Source of the DNA: an uncultured Planctomycetales bacterium
Lineage (GTDB): Bacteria; Omnitrophota; Gorgyraeia; Zapsychrales; Fredricksoniimonadaceae
Direction of reading: 5' to 3'
DNA length: 64,000 bases
Assembly (NCBI GenBank): GCA_964520655.1
Contig: CAZFNI010000002.1
Coordinates: 128,770-192,769 of the forward strand
This document shows, piece by piece, positions 35,608-45,549 of this stretch. The number at the start of each line of letters is the position of its first letter. Position 1 is the stretch's first letter. The translations under genes and the position numbers were made by a program. The notes below the pieces were generated by a model. It had not been told where the DNA came from and made no database searches. It worked only from the letters and a program-made list of their open reading frames with translations.

Positions 35608-36594
35608 CTACTGATTGATGCGGGCATTGCGGATAACGGCATTCTTGATGACAGCCCCGCTGCGGTAAAGATCTGCGATCTCCTGAGCACTTAAGGCTCG
35701 ATTATAGATGCGAATATCATCGAGATTTCCTGAAAAATACTCATTTGATTGAGCAGAGTTTGACCCTAAATAAACACTGACTGACGTGCTCGGAGAACTG
35801 CTTAATGAAGATAATGCCGGCGACTCTACTTGATTATCCAAATAAATACTGAGTGTTGGTGACGTTACGTCCCCTCCTACAACAACCGCAAAAAAATGCC
35901 AAACATTCAAAGAAGGCGTGAACGTACCAACATGCTGAAACAGTCCACCCGAAGTAGCGGCATAATATTGCAAAACACCGTTATCTATTCTTACTAATTT
36001 AAGTAAATTATGTCCTGAAGTCGCAAAATACTGACCAAAAATAGTTTGTAAAGAAGGAGATGATGATGTCTTGAAGAACCAACCCGATATCGTTAACGGC
36101 ACTTGCAAGGTATTGAAAGTAGTGGAAGCCCCCAAATTCACATATCGATTTGCAGCGCCGTCAAAACCTATACACCCTCCTCTTTTACAGTTAGACAGCC
36201 ATGTAGGAGCATTGACAAATGATCCATTATTATTGTTCCCGCTCCAATCAATCACTGTGGTTCCAGACCCTTCATTGAATTTCCACCACCCCACTAAGCC
36301 ATTCCTTAAGTCCGCATTTGCTGGATCAGAGAACCCTGCAATAAGCAACAACATCAGCACTTTGATGGCCAAGGCATGGATAGTGCTCTTAATAGGATCT
36401 AAAGCCTTATAGATCATTCTATGTTTTTCTAGATGGGACTTACCGTCGAACACCGAACTCTTGATCGTCACTCGAAAATGGCTGCCTTGCTTAGCTCCGG
36501 CGTGTCCGATATGTTTATGGGAATCATCCACGACTTCAAGAAGATCCGGTGAGAAAGCATCGGTTAAGAGGGCTTTAATCTTTGTTTTGCTCAT
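35608..36594 (-). CDS. BolA domain fused in-frame to a LamG-like (concanavalin A-like) jellyroll domain
   Basis: N-terminal ~80 aa is BolA (DDSHKHIGHAG...SHFRVTIKSSVFDGKSHLEKHRMIY...IHALAIK). The remainder has LamG-like features (WHFFAVV..., GNLDDIRIYNRALSAQEIADLY). Confidence 0.55.
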   Translation of the reverse strand: MSKTKIKALLTDAFSPDLLEVVDDSHKHIGHAGAKQGSHFRVTIKSSVFDGKSHLEKHRMIYKALDPIKSTIHALAIKVLMLLLIAGFSDPANADLRNGLVGWWKFNEGSGTTVIDWSGNNNNGSFVNAPTWLSNCKRGGCIGFDGAANRYVNLGASTTFNTLQVPLTISGWFFKTSSSPSLQTIFGQYFATSGHNLLKLVRIDNGVLQYYAATSGGLFQHVGTFTPSLNVWHFFAVVVGGDVTSPTLSIYLDNQVESPALSSLSSSPSTSVSVYLGSNSAQSNEYFSGNLDDIRIYNRALSAQEIADLYRSGAVIKNAVIRNARINQ

Positions 36595-36606
36595 AATTGA
36601 AAATTA

Positions 36607-37914
36607 TTGTACCATAGCGCTATGAACAAGGCACTGTCCATCAATAATTTCTCCGGGAATTTATGTGTTTCCTGCATCCAGGCCAAGCTGCACCAGGTCA
36701 ATGAATGGCTGTTGAATTACGAACAGAAATTCACGCCGCTCTATACGTCGGTAGATGTCCGCGATGCCGGTTTTAAGATCGCGGTTGTGGACACTAATTT
36801 ATTCCCTGCTGGATTCAATAATCTCTGTGAACATGGGCTTGAAGATGCCGTCACATTGATGAAGATCGCCATTAAAAAGCGCGTGCCGGAAGCAAAACAT
36901 ATTTTGATCGCGGCGGAAGAACATACCCGCAATACCTGGTACTTAGAAAACATCCGTATCTTGCAGGACATCATTACTAAAGCCGGTTTTACCGCAACCA
37001 TTGCCACCTTTTTTAATGAACAGCCGACGTTTTGCGAACAGGCGGCGCATGCCATGGAATTCCAGACGGCAACGGGTCAAAGCGTCAAGCTGCATTGTTT
37101 CAAACGCATCCTTGATCAGATCAAGAAGAATGAAATATCGATCGATCTGATCGTCATGAATAATGACTTAACCGCAGGGATCCCTGAAGACTTAAAGAAA
37201 ACGAATATCCCAGCCTTCCCTTCCATGCACGCAGGCTGGCACGCACGCCACAAATCTGAACATTTCAAACATGCTAATCAATTGATCAGTGAATTCGCTT
37301 CGATCGTTGGTATTGATCCCTGGCAATTCTCTTGCTTATACGCGCTGGAAGAAAATGTAGACACAAGCAATATTGACGACCTCAAACGTCTATATCATAC
37401 AGGGCAAAAACTGTTCAATGACATCGCCGCAAAATACAAAGAACACAACATCAGCGAGAAACCATTTATTTTTATCAAATCTGATTCCGGCACCTACGGC
37501 ATCGGTGTCATCCCTATTGAAGATCCACAGCAGATCCTGGATCTCAACAGTCGCAAGCGAAAAGACCTGATGCGCGGTAAAGGCGGCGATGTGGTCGATC
37601 GTTTCCTGCTGCAGGAAGGCGTTCCCACCATCCATTCAATAGCAGATCTGCCTTCAGAAGCCTGTTTATACCACATTGATAATGATTGTATTGGTGGATT
37701 CTATCGCACCCATAGTTCAAAGAACTCTCGAGAAAGCCTCAATTCACCTGGCGGGATGGCTTTCCAAAAAATGTGTCCGCATTTGGACAAATACGGACAA
37801 GACTGCGGGATCGAACATAATCTGAACATCTTTGACATTTACCGCATTTTGGGCCGCATTGCAGGCATCGCTGCTGCCAAAGAAATCGTTGAATTAGGAG
37901 GAACAGTACGATGA
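36607..37914 (+). CDS. gshA: Putative glutamate--cysteine ligase (bacterial GshA-like family)
   Basis: No motif recognised with certainty. Assignment rests on ATGA-overlap coupling to gshB and on size and character matching the short GshA family. The start is only 12 bp from the divergent BolA-LamG start. Confidence 0.4.
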   Translation: MYHSAMNKALSINNFSGNLCVSCIQAKLHQVNEWLLNYEQKFTPLYTSVDVRDAGFKIAVVDTNLFPAGFNNLCEHGLEDAVTLMKIAIKKRVPEAKHILIAAEEHTRNTWYLENIRILQDIITKAGFTATIATFFNEQPTFCEQAAHAMEFQTATGQSVKLHCFKRILDQIKKNEISIDLIVMNNDLTAGIPEDLKKTNIPAFPSMHAGWHARHKSEHFKHANQLISEFASIVGIDPWQFSCLYALEENVDTSNIDDLKRLYHTGQKLFNDIAAKYKEHNISEKPFIFIKSDSGTYGIGVIPIEDPQQILDLNSRKRKDLMRGKGGDVVDRFLLQEGVPTIHSIADLPSEACLYHIDNDCIGGFYRTHSSKNSRESLNSPGGMAFQKMCPHLDKYGQDCGIEHNLNIFDIYRILGRIAGIAAAKEIVELGGTVR

Positions 37915-38846
37915 AATTCCTGTTTTTGATGGATCCCCTGGAAACAGTAGTTTTCGAAAAAGATACTACCTTTATGCTCATGTGCGGAGCACACGAAAGA
38001 GGCCATGAAGTCTATTATCTTCCTAAAGACGGCATCAGCTTGATCGAAGGTAAACTATTCTTTAATGTGACCCAGGTCATCCCGCAAAGGATCGCTCACG
38101 AACCATTCCAGGAAGGCCGTTCATTTCTGCTTAACCAAAAAGATGTAGATGCTTTGTTCATCCGCCCAGACCCGCCGTTTGATGAACAATATTTGCTCAA
38201 CACCTGGCTTTTGGACCATTTACCCAAACGCGTTGCGGTGATCAATAACCCTAACGGCATCCGCACGGTCAATGAAAAGATCTGGTCGTCGCAATTCACG
38301 AACCTTGTGCCGCCGACGATCATCTCCTCGTCCAAAGAAGACTTGAGCGCTTTTATCCAAAAACACCGTAATATCATTGCAAAGCCGACCAACGCGTTTG
38401 GCGGGCAATCCGTTTTTCATGTGGAATACGGCCACACCAATACCAACGTGATCATTGAAACGTTAAGCAAAGGCTACAACCAGCCTATCATCCTGCAAAA
38501 ATATGTCCCTGAATCAAAAAAGGGTGACAAACGCATCCTTTTACTTTATGGGGAGATCTTAGGTGCTGTTTTAAGAGTGCACGGCAAAGGCGAGCATCGC
38601 AATAATTTTTATGCTGGCGGTTCAGCCGAAAGAACCACTATCACTGCCCGAGATAAAAAGATCGTGACCGCACTCAAACCGTATTTAAGAACATTGGGAC
38701 TGCATTTTGTCGGGATCGATATTTTGGGGGATTATCTCATTGAAGTCAATGTGACGTCTCCCACCTGTCTTCAGGAAATGAACAGGCTCTATGATGTCAA
38801 CCTGGAACAAAAAGTCATTGCTTTTGCCGAAAAATTGGTAAAATAG
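37911..38846 (+). CDS. gshB: Glutathione synthetase (ATP-grasp)
   Basis: N-terminal MKFLFLMDPLETVVFEKDTTFMLM... resembles the prokaryotic GshB N-domain; ATP-grasp C-terminus. Confidence 0.8.
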   Translation: MKFLFLMDPLETVVFEKDTTFMLMCGAHERGHEVYYLPKDGISLIEGKLFFNVTQVIPQRIAHEPFQEGRSFLLNQKDVDALFIRPDPPFDEQYLLNTWLLDHLPKRVAVINNPNGIRTVNEKIWSSQFTNLVPPTIISSSKEDLSAFIQKHRNIIAKPTNAFGGQSVFHVEYGHTNTNVIIETLSKGYNQPIILQKYVPESKKGDKRILLLYGEILGAVLRVHGKGEHRNNFYAGGSAERTTITARDKKIVTALKPYLRTLGLHFVGIDILGDYLIEVNVTSPTCLQEMNRLYDVNLEQKVIAFAEKLVK

Positions 38847-38853
38847 TCCGCTT

Positions 38854-39090
38854 ATGGAACTGACATTATACCATTTTGAATCTTGTCCCTACTGCCGGCG
38901 TGTCCGGGATTTCATGACATCGAACAATATCACGATCCCTATGAAGGACACCCAAAAAGATACTAGGAACCGCGAGGAGTTGCTCAAGATCGGCGGAAAA
39001 TCACAGGTTCCCTGCCTGGTCATTAACGGCAAGGCTCTTTACGAATCTTTAGACATCATCGACTGGTTAAAGAATAATTACAAAAAATGA
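38854..39090 (+). CDS. grx: Glutaredoxin
   Basis: CPYC active site, 78 aa. Confidence 0.8.
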   Translation: MELTLYHFESCPYCRRVRDFMTSNNITIPMKDTQKDTRNREELLKIGGKSQVPCLVINGKALYESLDIIDWLKNNYKK

Positions 39091-39344
39091 CCCTGACAGA
39101 GATCCAACAAAAAATTCAAACAGCCATACCAGATGCCGAGGTTCACGTCCTTGATCCGATGCAGGACGGTCAGCACCTTCAAGCATTGGTCATCTCCCCT
39201 GTATTTGCCGGTTTGCCGGTTTTCAAACAACAACAAATGGTCATGGCCGCGGTCAAGGACATCTTCACCGTTGTCCATGCCCTTGGCCTGAAAACATTCA
39301 CGCCTGAAAAATGGCAGGAGGTTAAACACAATTATGTTAACTGA
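39087..39344 (+). CDS. BolA/IbaG-family protein
   Basis: 85 aa, ...VHVLDPMQDGQHLQALVISPVF...VHALGLKT. Confidence 0.7.
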   Translation: MTLTEIQQKIQTAIPDAEVHVLDPMQDGQHLQALVISPVFAGLPVFKQQQMVMAAVKDIFTVVHALGLKTFTPEKWQEVKHNYVN

Positions 39345-39645
39345 TCAAATGCGCGCGGATATTGAAAAGACGGTCAAAACCAACAAAGTCGTGATCTATA
39401 TGAAGGGCACCCAAAACCAGCCCATGTGCGGCTTTTCCGGACGCGCAGTGCAGATCCTGCAGTCGTATGGAGCCCCTATCAAAGACTTCAACATCCTCGC
39501 GGATGAAAATCTCCGTCAGGGCATCAAAGAATTCACCAATTGGCCGACCCTTCCCCAGATCTTTATCAACGGAGAATTCATCGGCGGCTGCGATATCATC
39601 AGCGAAATGCACGAGAACGGCGAGTTAAAAAGCCTTTTTAGCTAA
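39334..39645 (+). CDS. grxD: Monothiol glutaredoxin (Grx4 family)
   Basis: CGFS active-site motif. Confidence 0.85.
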   Translation: MLTDQMRADIEKTVKTNKVVIYMKGTQNQPMCGFSGRAVQILQSYGAPIKDFNILADENLRQGIKEFTNWPTLPQIFINGEFIGGCDIISEMHENGELKSLFS

Positions 39646-39656
39646 TTCAAATAACG

Positions 39657-40901
39657 CTAGATCTCTTGCCAGTTGCTTGTGATAGCATTTTCGAAAGGAT
39701 TGGAAAGGGTAGCTAACGCTTGGTCATAATGCACTTCCCCATTATTCGATAAATTAACGGTTTTTCCAACTACTGCCCCATAGAACGCGTCATTATTGGA
39801 CAAGGTGATGTTTGTTTGCGGCGCATAGATCCCAGCATAGGTCGTCCCATTATTCGAGATCACCACTCCATTAGAACCAGTATACGTACTGTAAATGTTG
39901 AATTTTGACGGCAAATGAGATGCCGAATTAAAAAGCACATTGTTATCCGCTGATAAGACCCCATCTACATAAAGAGTTAAGTTCGCGCCACTGGCAATAT
40001 TAATATTGACATTGTTCTGAGTAGTCAGCGCCGTCGCACCCGTTAAATACAGACGGACATTACCATTTATGTTCAATATGGCATTATTATGGAGATCTAG
40101 TTTAGTATATTTGTAATCACCGCTATTTAATGTTCCTGTCGCATTATTGCCTAATGAATACGTACCTCCGCTGCTTAAACTAGTTAACGAAGATGGAACC
40201 ACCACCGCTGGCAAGGCCACGCTATTCGTATGCGTTGTCGTTCCCGACACCGTCGACCCATTGTCCATGATAACTGTGCCGCCGACTCCCGTTGAAAGAT
40301 TCCCCTGTACAGTGGCGTTATTATTGATATTAATAATCCCCGCTGATGTTCCGTTCGTGCCCACATTACCATTGGAAAGGATGTTGGCTCCGCCATAATT
40401 CCCCACAGATGAGTCAAAAGAATCAACAAGAGCATTATTTGATAACGTAACTTGACCTTGAGCAAAAATACCATGGTCGAAGATTTGCGGACGGCCTATG
40501 GTGGCTTGGATCCTCCGTTGAATCTTTGAAGCAGATGAACGGCTGGGCACATAGCCTGTTGTTTGGGCGGTTGTATTGGTGCTATCGAGCGTCGCATCGT
40601 AGTCACCATAAGTAGCCAGTGTGGCGGAAACTTTTTTATTTCCAGTCCCACAGGACGTACAGCTGGAACACGCAACGCCTGAGGTTTCATTGACCATTCC
40701 CGCACAATTATTAGTGTTGTATTCATATAATACTTTATTCAACCCCGCTTCCGCAACCCACATGGCAGAAGTGCTGTTAGCAGAACGCATAGAAACTTTT
40801 CGCTCATTGGCGCCGCGCATCAGGATCGCCGCCCCCAACGCCGTCAGCACCAAAATGACCAAAAACGCGATGATAATGGATCCTTGGGTATTGTTATTCA
40901 T
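39657..40901 (-). CDS. PilX-like type IV pilus minor component with long Ser/Thr/Asn/Gly-rich beta-helix-like extension
   Basis: N-terminal TM segment IIIAFLVILVLTALGAAIL (PilX_N-like); a 350-aa extension with NxT/S repeats. Confidence 0.55.
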   Translation of the reverse strand: MNNNTQGSIIIAFLVILVLTALGAAILMRGANERKVSMRSANSTSAMWVAEAGLNKVLYEYNTNNCAGMVNETSGVACSSCTSCGTGNKKVSATLATYGDYDATLDSTNTTAQTTGYVPSRSSASKIQRRIQATIGRPQIFDHGIFAQGQVTLSNNALVDSFDSSVGNYGGANILSNGNVGTNGTSAGIININNNATVQGNLSTGVGGTVIMDNGSTVSGTTTHTNSVALPAVVVPSSLTSLSSGGTYSLGNNATGTLNSGDYKYTKLDLHNNAILNINGNVRLYLTGATALTTQNNVNINIASGANLTLYVDGVLSADNNVLFNSASHLPSKFNIYSTYTGSNGVVISNNGTTYAGIYAPQTNITLSNNDAFYGAVVGKTVNLSNNGEVHYDQALATLSNPFENAITSNWQEI

Positions 40902-41361
40902 TACGCAGCCTCGTTCTTTCCGTCAGTAGAAATGACACCGTCCTGTTATAACTTGTTTTATCTGCCCGTATTTGCACCTGCAGCAAGGAACCATTAAGCG
41001 TGAACTTTAAATAGCCAATATTACTGGCGATCTTCTTCATTGTTCCCGCCGGATACTCTCTGATCAAGTTCGTCCCGCTTAAATAATACTGGATATTCGT
41101 CGCTGTTGGGATCGTGACCGCCAGTTTGTCATTGGTTGTCCCGCCGTAGTTGGCCGTGATCACCTGTGATGAGGCCTGACGAAGCTCCCGGCACATCCGA
41201 TCCGCCGCCGCCCTGGACTGCTGCTGCATATCAAGCAAAGTCATGTTCTTTGTGAAGATCGAGTTGCCAACTTGAAAAACGCCGTAGACCCCTAAACATA
41301 TCATCGTCAATAGGCTTAAACTGACCATTAACTCCACTAATGTATAAGCGTTTTTTTTCAT
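40894..41361 (-). CDS. PilW-like minor pilin (prepilin N-terminal methylation domain)
   Basis: KNAYTLVELMVSLSLL prepilin-type leader and hydrophobic helix. Confidence 0.6.
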   Translation of the reverse strand: MKKNAYTLVELMVSLSLLTMICLGVYGVFQVGNSIFTKNMTLLDMQQQSRAAADRMCRELRQASSQVITANYGGTTNDKLAVTIPTATNIQYYLSGTNLIREYPAGTMKKIASNIGYLKFTLNGSLLQVQIRADKTSYNRTVSFLLTERTRLRNE

Positions 41362-41771
41362 CCCGATATCATTGTCTGCAGCGACTTTGACTGACTCCTT
41401 CCTGAAGAATCATTCCAGCTGACTGTCACCGTGACCGTGACCGGATTATTACCACTGGATGAACTGCTGATACTTTCATTCTTTAAAGCACTAAGACCAT
41501 TGGATGTCACGGACGCTGTATTCCAAGTCCAGGTGCCTGCCCCGATATCGGAAGACAGATTAGAAAACGCCACATTTTTTATGCCCTCCATGACAAATTC
41601 CGCGTGCGATACGGCAACAGTCAAATTACGGCATTCTTCCTCAAGACGGCCATTATTCAAAAACAAGACCAGCATCACAGACAATGCATAGCCTAAAATT
41701 GCCGCTGTCAACAACAGCTCTGCCAAAGAAAATCCGCACTTGCTTTTCCTTAATTTCCTGTAAAAAATCAT
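41358..41771 (-). CDS. PilV-like minor pilin (prepilin N-terminal methylation domain)
   Basis: KCGFSLAELLLTAAILGY leader with G|FSLAE cleavage motif. Confidence 0.6.
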   Translation of the reverse strand: MIFYRKLRKSKCGFSLAELLLTAAILGYALSVMLVLFLNNGRLEEECRNLTVAVSHAEFVMEGIKNVAFSNLSSDIGAGTWTWNTASVTSNGLSALKNESISSSSSGNNPVTVTVTVSWNDSSGRSQSKSLQTMISG

Positions 41772-41939
41772 CTAACTCCTTTCATACATACCCCTTATAA
41801 AATATAACCTATCTAGTGAAAAATACAATGCGAGAAAACGCTATTTTAAAGACTTTGTTGAATATAAAATATCTGGTCTGATTCATATATTTATGATAAA
41901 ATTTGCCCTTTCAATGGACTGACAACTTAAGGACTTTTT

Positions 41940-43664
41940 ATGTCTACAAAACCAAAAAAGCAGATCAACGGCGCGCAGGCCTTAGTGGCGTGCCTTGAGA
42001 ATTTCGGCGTGGAATACATCTGGGGACTTTCCGGCGGAGCCGCCATCCCCATCTTTGACGCTTTGGTCGGATCAAAGATCAAATTGATCTTGACCCGCCA
42101 CGAACAAGGAGCAACCCATATCGCGGACGGTTATGCGCGGGTCAGCGGCAAGCCGGGTGTTGTGCTGGTGACCTCTGGTCCAGGCGCGACCAACACAGTG
42201 ACCGGGATCATGACCGCGATGATGGATTCAGTGCCCATGATCGTTTTGACAGGCCAGACCATCAGCTCCATGCTTGGCAAAGACGCTTTTCAGGAATCAG
42301 ACATTGTGGGCATCTCCATGCCTGTGGTCAAGCACAGCTACTTGGTCAAGAATACCAACGATATCCCGCGGATCATCAAAGAAGCCTGGGAAATTTGCCA
42401 AACCGGCAGACCTGGTCCTGTGCTCATTGACCTGCCCAAGGACATCACCTCCGGTGTTTTTACCGCTGAAACCCTTGATCCTCAAACGGATATCCCCGGC
42501 TACACCACACCGGGCAAAGCCAATAAATCTGATATCGCCAAAATGGCGAAATTATTCAAAGGCTCCAAAAAACCGCTATTGCTCGTTGGGCATGGGGCTG
42601 TGATCGCCAAAGCCGGCGACGCTGTCAAAAAACTGGCGGAAAAACTGCGCGCTCCCGTGACCAATACGCTTTTAGGAAAAGGCGAATTCCCTGAAACACA
42701 TCATTTATCTTTAGGCATGCTCGGCATGCATGGAACAGCCTATGCCAATAAAGCGCTGGTCAACTGCGACCTGATATTATCCATCGGTTCCCGCTGGGAT
42801 GACCGCATCAACGGTAATAATAACGAATTTTGCGTGAACGCGAAAAAGCTCCATATAGACATTGACTTTGCCGAGATCAATAAGATCGTCAAACCCGATG
42901 CCTGGGTCGTAGGCAATGCTAAAGAAGTGTTAGAAGAGTTGGTGAAGCTCGTTGAACCGCTAGACACGGCTGATTGGCTCAAAGAGCTGGAATTCTATAA
43001 AAAAGAATACCCTCTCAAATATTCTAATGCCAAAGGTTTGACCGCTCAGCAGGTGATTGATACCTGCTATAAAGAAAGCCGCGGCCAAGCGATCGTGACG
43101 ACAGATGTCGGCCAGCATCAAATGTGGGCCGCGCAATTTTATTTATCTGATAAAGGAAATCACTGGATATCATCTGGCGGTGCCGGAACCATGGGCTACG
43201 GATTCCCCGCGGCTCTTGGTGCTCAATTCGCTGATCCAAAAGCGCTGGTGGTGGCGATCGTTGGAGACGGTGGCTTTCAGATGACACTGTTTGAATTGTC
43301 GACCATGTTCATCCATAAACTTCCTGTTAAAATACTCATCATCGATAATAAATATCTGGGGATGGTGCGCCAATGGCAGGAGCTTTTCTTTGACAACCGC
43401 CTCTCAGGGGTCGATTTGGAAGGAAACCCGGATTTCGTGAAGCTGGCAGAAGCCTACGGCATCAAAGGCTTCCACATCAACAATCCAGAGCATTGCGCTG
43501 CTGTCATGCGCGAGGCATTGAATTACCCAGGCCCCTGCCTTATCCATGCGGAGGTCATCAAAGAAGACAACGTCTTTCCAATGGTTCCGGCAGGTAAATC
43601 CGCGCACCATATGATCATTGAAAAACCGACGCAAAAAATGGAAAAACCGACAGGCTCAACTTAA
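41940..43664 (+). CDS. ilvB: Acetolactate synthase large subunit (ThDP-dependent)
   Basis: ThDP-enzyme N, central and C domains with GDGGFQM ThDP-binding motif. Confidence 0.9.
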   Translation: MSTKPKKQINGAQALVACLENFGVEYIWGLSGGAAIPIFDALVGSKIKLILTRHEQGATHIADGYARVSGKPGVVLVTSGPGATNTVTGIMTAMMDSVPMIVLTGQTISSMLGKDAFQESDIVGISMPVVKHSYLVKNTNDIPRIIKEAWEICQTGRPGPVLIDLPKDITSGVFTAETLDPQTDIPGYTTPGKANKSDIAKMAKLFKGSKKPLLLVGHGAVIAKAGDAVKKLAEKLRAPVTNTLLGKGEFPETHHLSLGMLGMHGTAYANKALVNCDLILSIGSRWDDRINGNNNEFCVNAKKLHIDIDFAEINKIVKPDAWVVGNAKEVLEELVKLVEPLDTADWLKELEFYKKEYPLKYSNAKGLTAQQVIDTCYKESRGQAIVTTDVGQHQMWAAQFYLSDKGNHWISSGGAGTMGYGFPAALGAQFADPKALVVAIVGDGGFQMTLFELSTMFIHKLPVKILIIDNKYLGMVRQWQELFFDNRLSGVDLEGNPDFVKLAEAYGIKGFHINNPEHCAAVMREALNYPGPCLIHAEVIKEDNVFPMVPAGKSAHHMIIEKPTQKMEKPTGST

Positions 43665-43675
43665 AGAAGGTTCCT

Positions 43676-44176
43676 ATGACAATACCCACTGTCCCTACAC
43701 ATACGATCAGCGTTCTTGTTGCTAATAAACCAGGCGTCCTGGTACGCATCGCACTTGTTTTCGCCCGTCGTGGCTATAACATTGACTCCCTGGTCGTGTC
43801 TCCGACGATCAACCCGAAATTCTCTCGCATGACCATCACAGCCAAAGGCGACCTGGAAACGCTCGACCAGATCATTAAAAATGTTGGCAAGCTCATTGAT
43901 GTTATCCATTGCGGGGAGCATGACGCGACGCATTCGATCGAAAAAGAATTAGCATTGCTTAAAGTAAAGGCGACGCCCAGCGTCAAGACTTTCATCAGCA
44001 AATACACCCGTAAATTCCGCATCAAGGTCGACGACACCTCTGAAGGGTTTTATGTCATTGAACAAACAGGGACAACTTCAGAACTCAATGAATTTGAATC
44101 GGTGATGAAGAAATACACGGTCGAGATGGTGCGCACCGGCAAGGTACTGATCACTAAAGGCAAAGAAAAGACCTAA
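43676..44176 (+). CDS. ilvN: Acetolactate synthase small (regulatory, ACT domain) subunit
   Basis: HTISVLVANKPGVLVRIALVFARRGYNIDSLVV ACT domain. Confidence 0.85.
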   Translation: MTIPTVPTHTISVLVANKPGVLVRIALVFARRGYNIDSLVVSPTINPKFSRMTITAKGDLETLDQIIKNVGKLIDVIHCGEHDATHSIEKELALLKVKATPSVKTFISKYTRKFRIKVDDTSEGFYVIEQTGTTSELNEFESVMKKYTVEMVRTGKVLITKGKEKT

Positions 44177-44179
44177 GTC

Positions 44180-44590
44180 TTATTCATTGAGATGGCAGGC
44201 GGTGATCGGCGGCAGATCTTTGGGCGGCAAGATCACTTCATAAATATCGATATGGTCTTCCGTGACCTCGATCGATGATATCAAACAACGCTCTCTATCA
44301 ACGCTTGGATGGTCGATCCCTAAATATTGAGCGATCCCGGACTTTAATGCGTCCAACTCCAGATATAGAATAAATGACTGCTCACCTTCCGCCGCGTTCA
44401 ACGCGGATCGAACCATGGAAAAATCCAGATCAAGGACCCACTCAAGCGTTTTTCCTTTACAGAATCCCTTCAATCCTGTATCAGCCTCGATAGTGCTGGA
44501 ACAAGAGATCTTGGAAAAATCAAAACTTAATAATGTTTCATCAGGATTTAAACGGATATTTAGCCCGGATGAGCTGTCTTGACATGGCAT
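44180..44590 (-). CDS. Hypothetical protein, last gene of the giant-protein operon
   Basis: 136 aa, no recognised motif; 12 bp after the upstream gene. Confidence 0.4.
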   Translation of the reverse strand: MPCQDSSSGLNIRLNPDETLLSFDFSKISCSSTIEADTGLKGFCKGKTLEWVLDLDFSMVRSALNAAEGEQSFILYLELDALKSGIAQYLGIDHPSVDRERCLISSIEVTEDHIDIYEVILPPKDLPPITACHLNE

Positions 44591-44601
44591 ATGAGGAAAA
44601 C

Positions 44602-45549
44602 CTACTTATGCATCCGTTCTCTGAGCGCTTGCTTCATATCTTCTGCCCGTTCTTTAGCTGCCTGGGCCCTTTCTTTCGCATCATTCATCTTATCTTTAAC
44701 TACCCTTAATTTATCTGTATTGTCCTCGATCTTATCGTGCACCTCATCCATCCGATCCCGCATCTGTTCCATCAATTGTGAAACGCGCTCCTTAGAAGAT
44801 TTCATCTGATCCAGGTTCTGCTGACGCATCTCCGCCAGATCCTGCTGCCGTTCTTTGATCCTTGATAACACTTCCTTTTCATTATCCAAGATTTCCTGGA
44901 TCTTGATCTCCAATATGCCTGTCTTATCAGTCTTCATCGCCGCGATAGCCGCAGACTGTTCCAGTAGAACATTATGAATATTCTCGACAGAATCCCGAGC
45001 CCTGTTGTTATATTCACGGGATTTTTCTATGATGGCCTTCTGCATTTCAACAAGCTGGGATACTTGGATCTTCAGCGAAGTTAAACGATTTGCCAGATCT
45101 TCTTTGGGCCGCAGCAGATCAGCAATATCAATGTCTTTGACTTGCCTGTCAATGCCTGCGATGCCTTCCCGTAATTGGTCATTGAACTTAATGATCGCGG
45201 TCTCGTTACCAGCTAACTCTAAAGCCCTGCCGTTGAATTCATTGATCGCTTCTTTGAGTTTAAACAGGTCAAAATCCTGATATTCTTCCCTGTTGGCCTG
45301 CTCATATAATTTGGCCACACTGGTACTTTGTTTGATCAGGTCATCTCTTTGCTCGGTCATGCTCCCGCCTAGAATATCCTGTTGTTCTTTAAACTTTTTA
45401 ATACTATCTTTGATCTCGTTGATCGCGACCGAAGCCGTCAGAGATTGTCCCTTGGAATTCTTAACTATAGGCCGGAAAAAGATCATGTAAGTGACCATGA
45501 TCGCGCCTATGATGGCGATCACAGGGGCTAAATACAGTAAACGTATCAT
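44602..45549 (-). CDS. Membrane-anchored coiled-coil protein
   Basis: N-terminal TM helix then ~280 aa of heptad-rich charged sequence. Confidence 0.5.
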   Translation of the reverse strand: MIRLLYLAPVIAIIGAIMVTYMIFFRPIVKNSKGQSLTASVAINEIKDSIKKFKEQQDILGGSMTEQRDDLIKQSTSVAKLYEQANREEYQDFDLFKLKEAINEFNGRALELAGNETAIIKFNDQLREGIAGIDRQVKDIDIADLLRPKEDLANRLTSLKIQVSQLVEMQKAIIEKSREYNNRARDSVENIHNVLLEQSAAIAAMKTDKTGILEIKIQEILDNEKEVLSRIKERQQDLAEMRQQNLDQMKSSKERVSQLMEQMRDRMDEVHDKIEDNTDKLRVVKDKMNDAKERAQAAKERAEDMKQALRERMHK

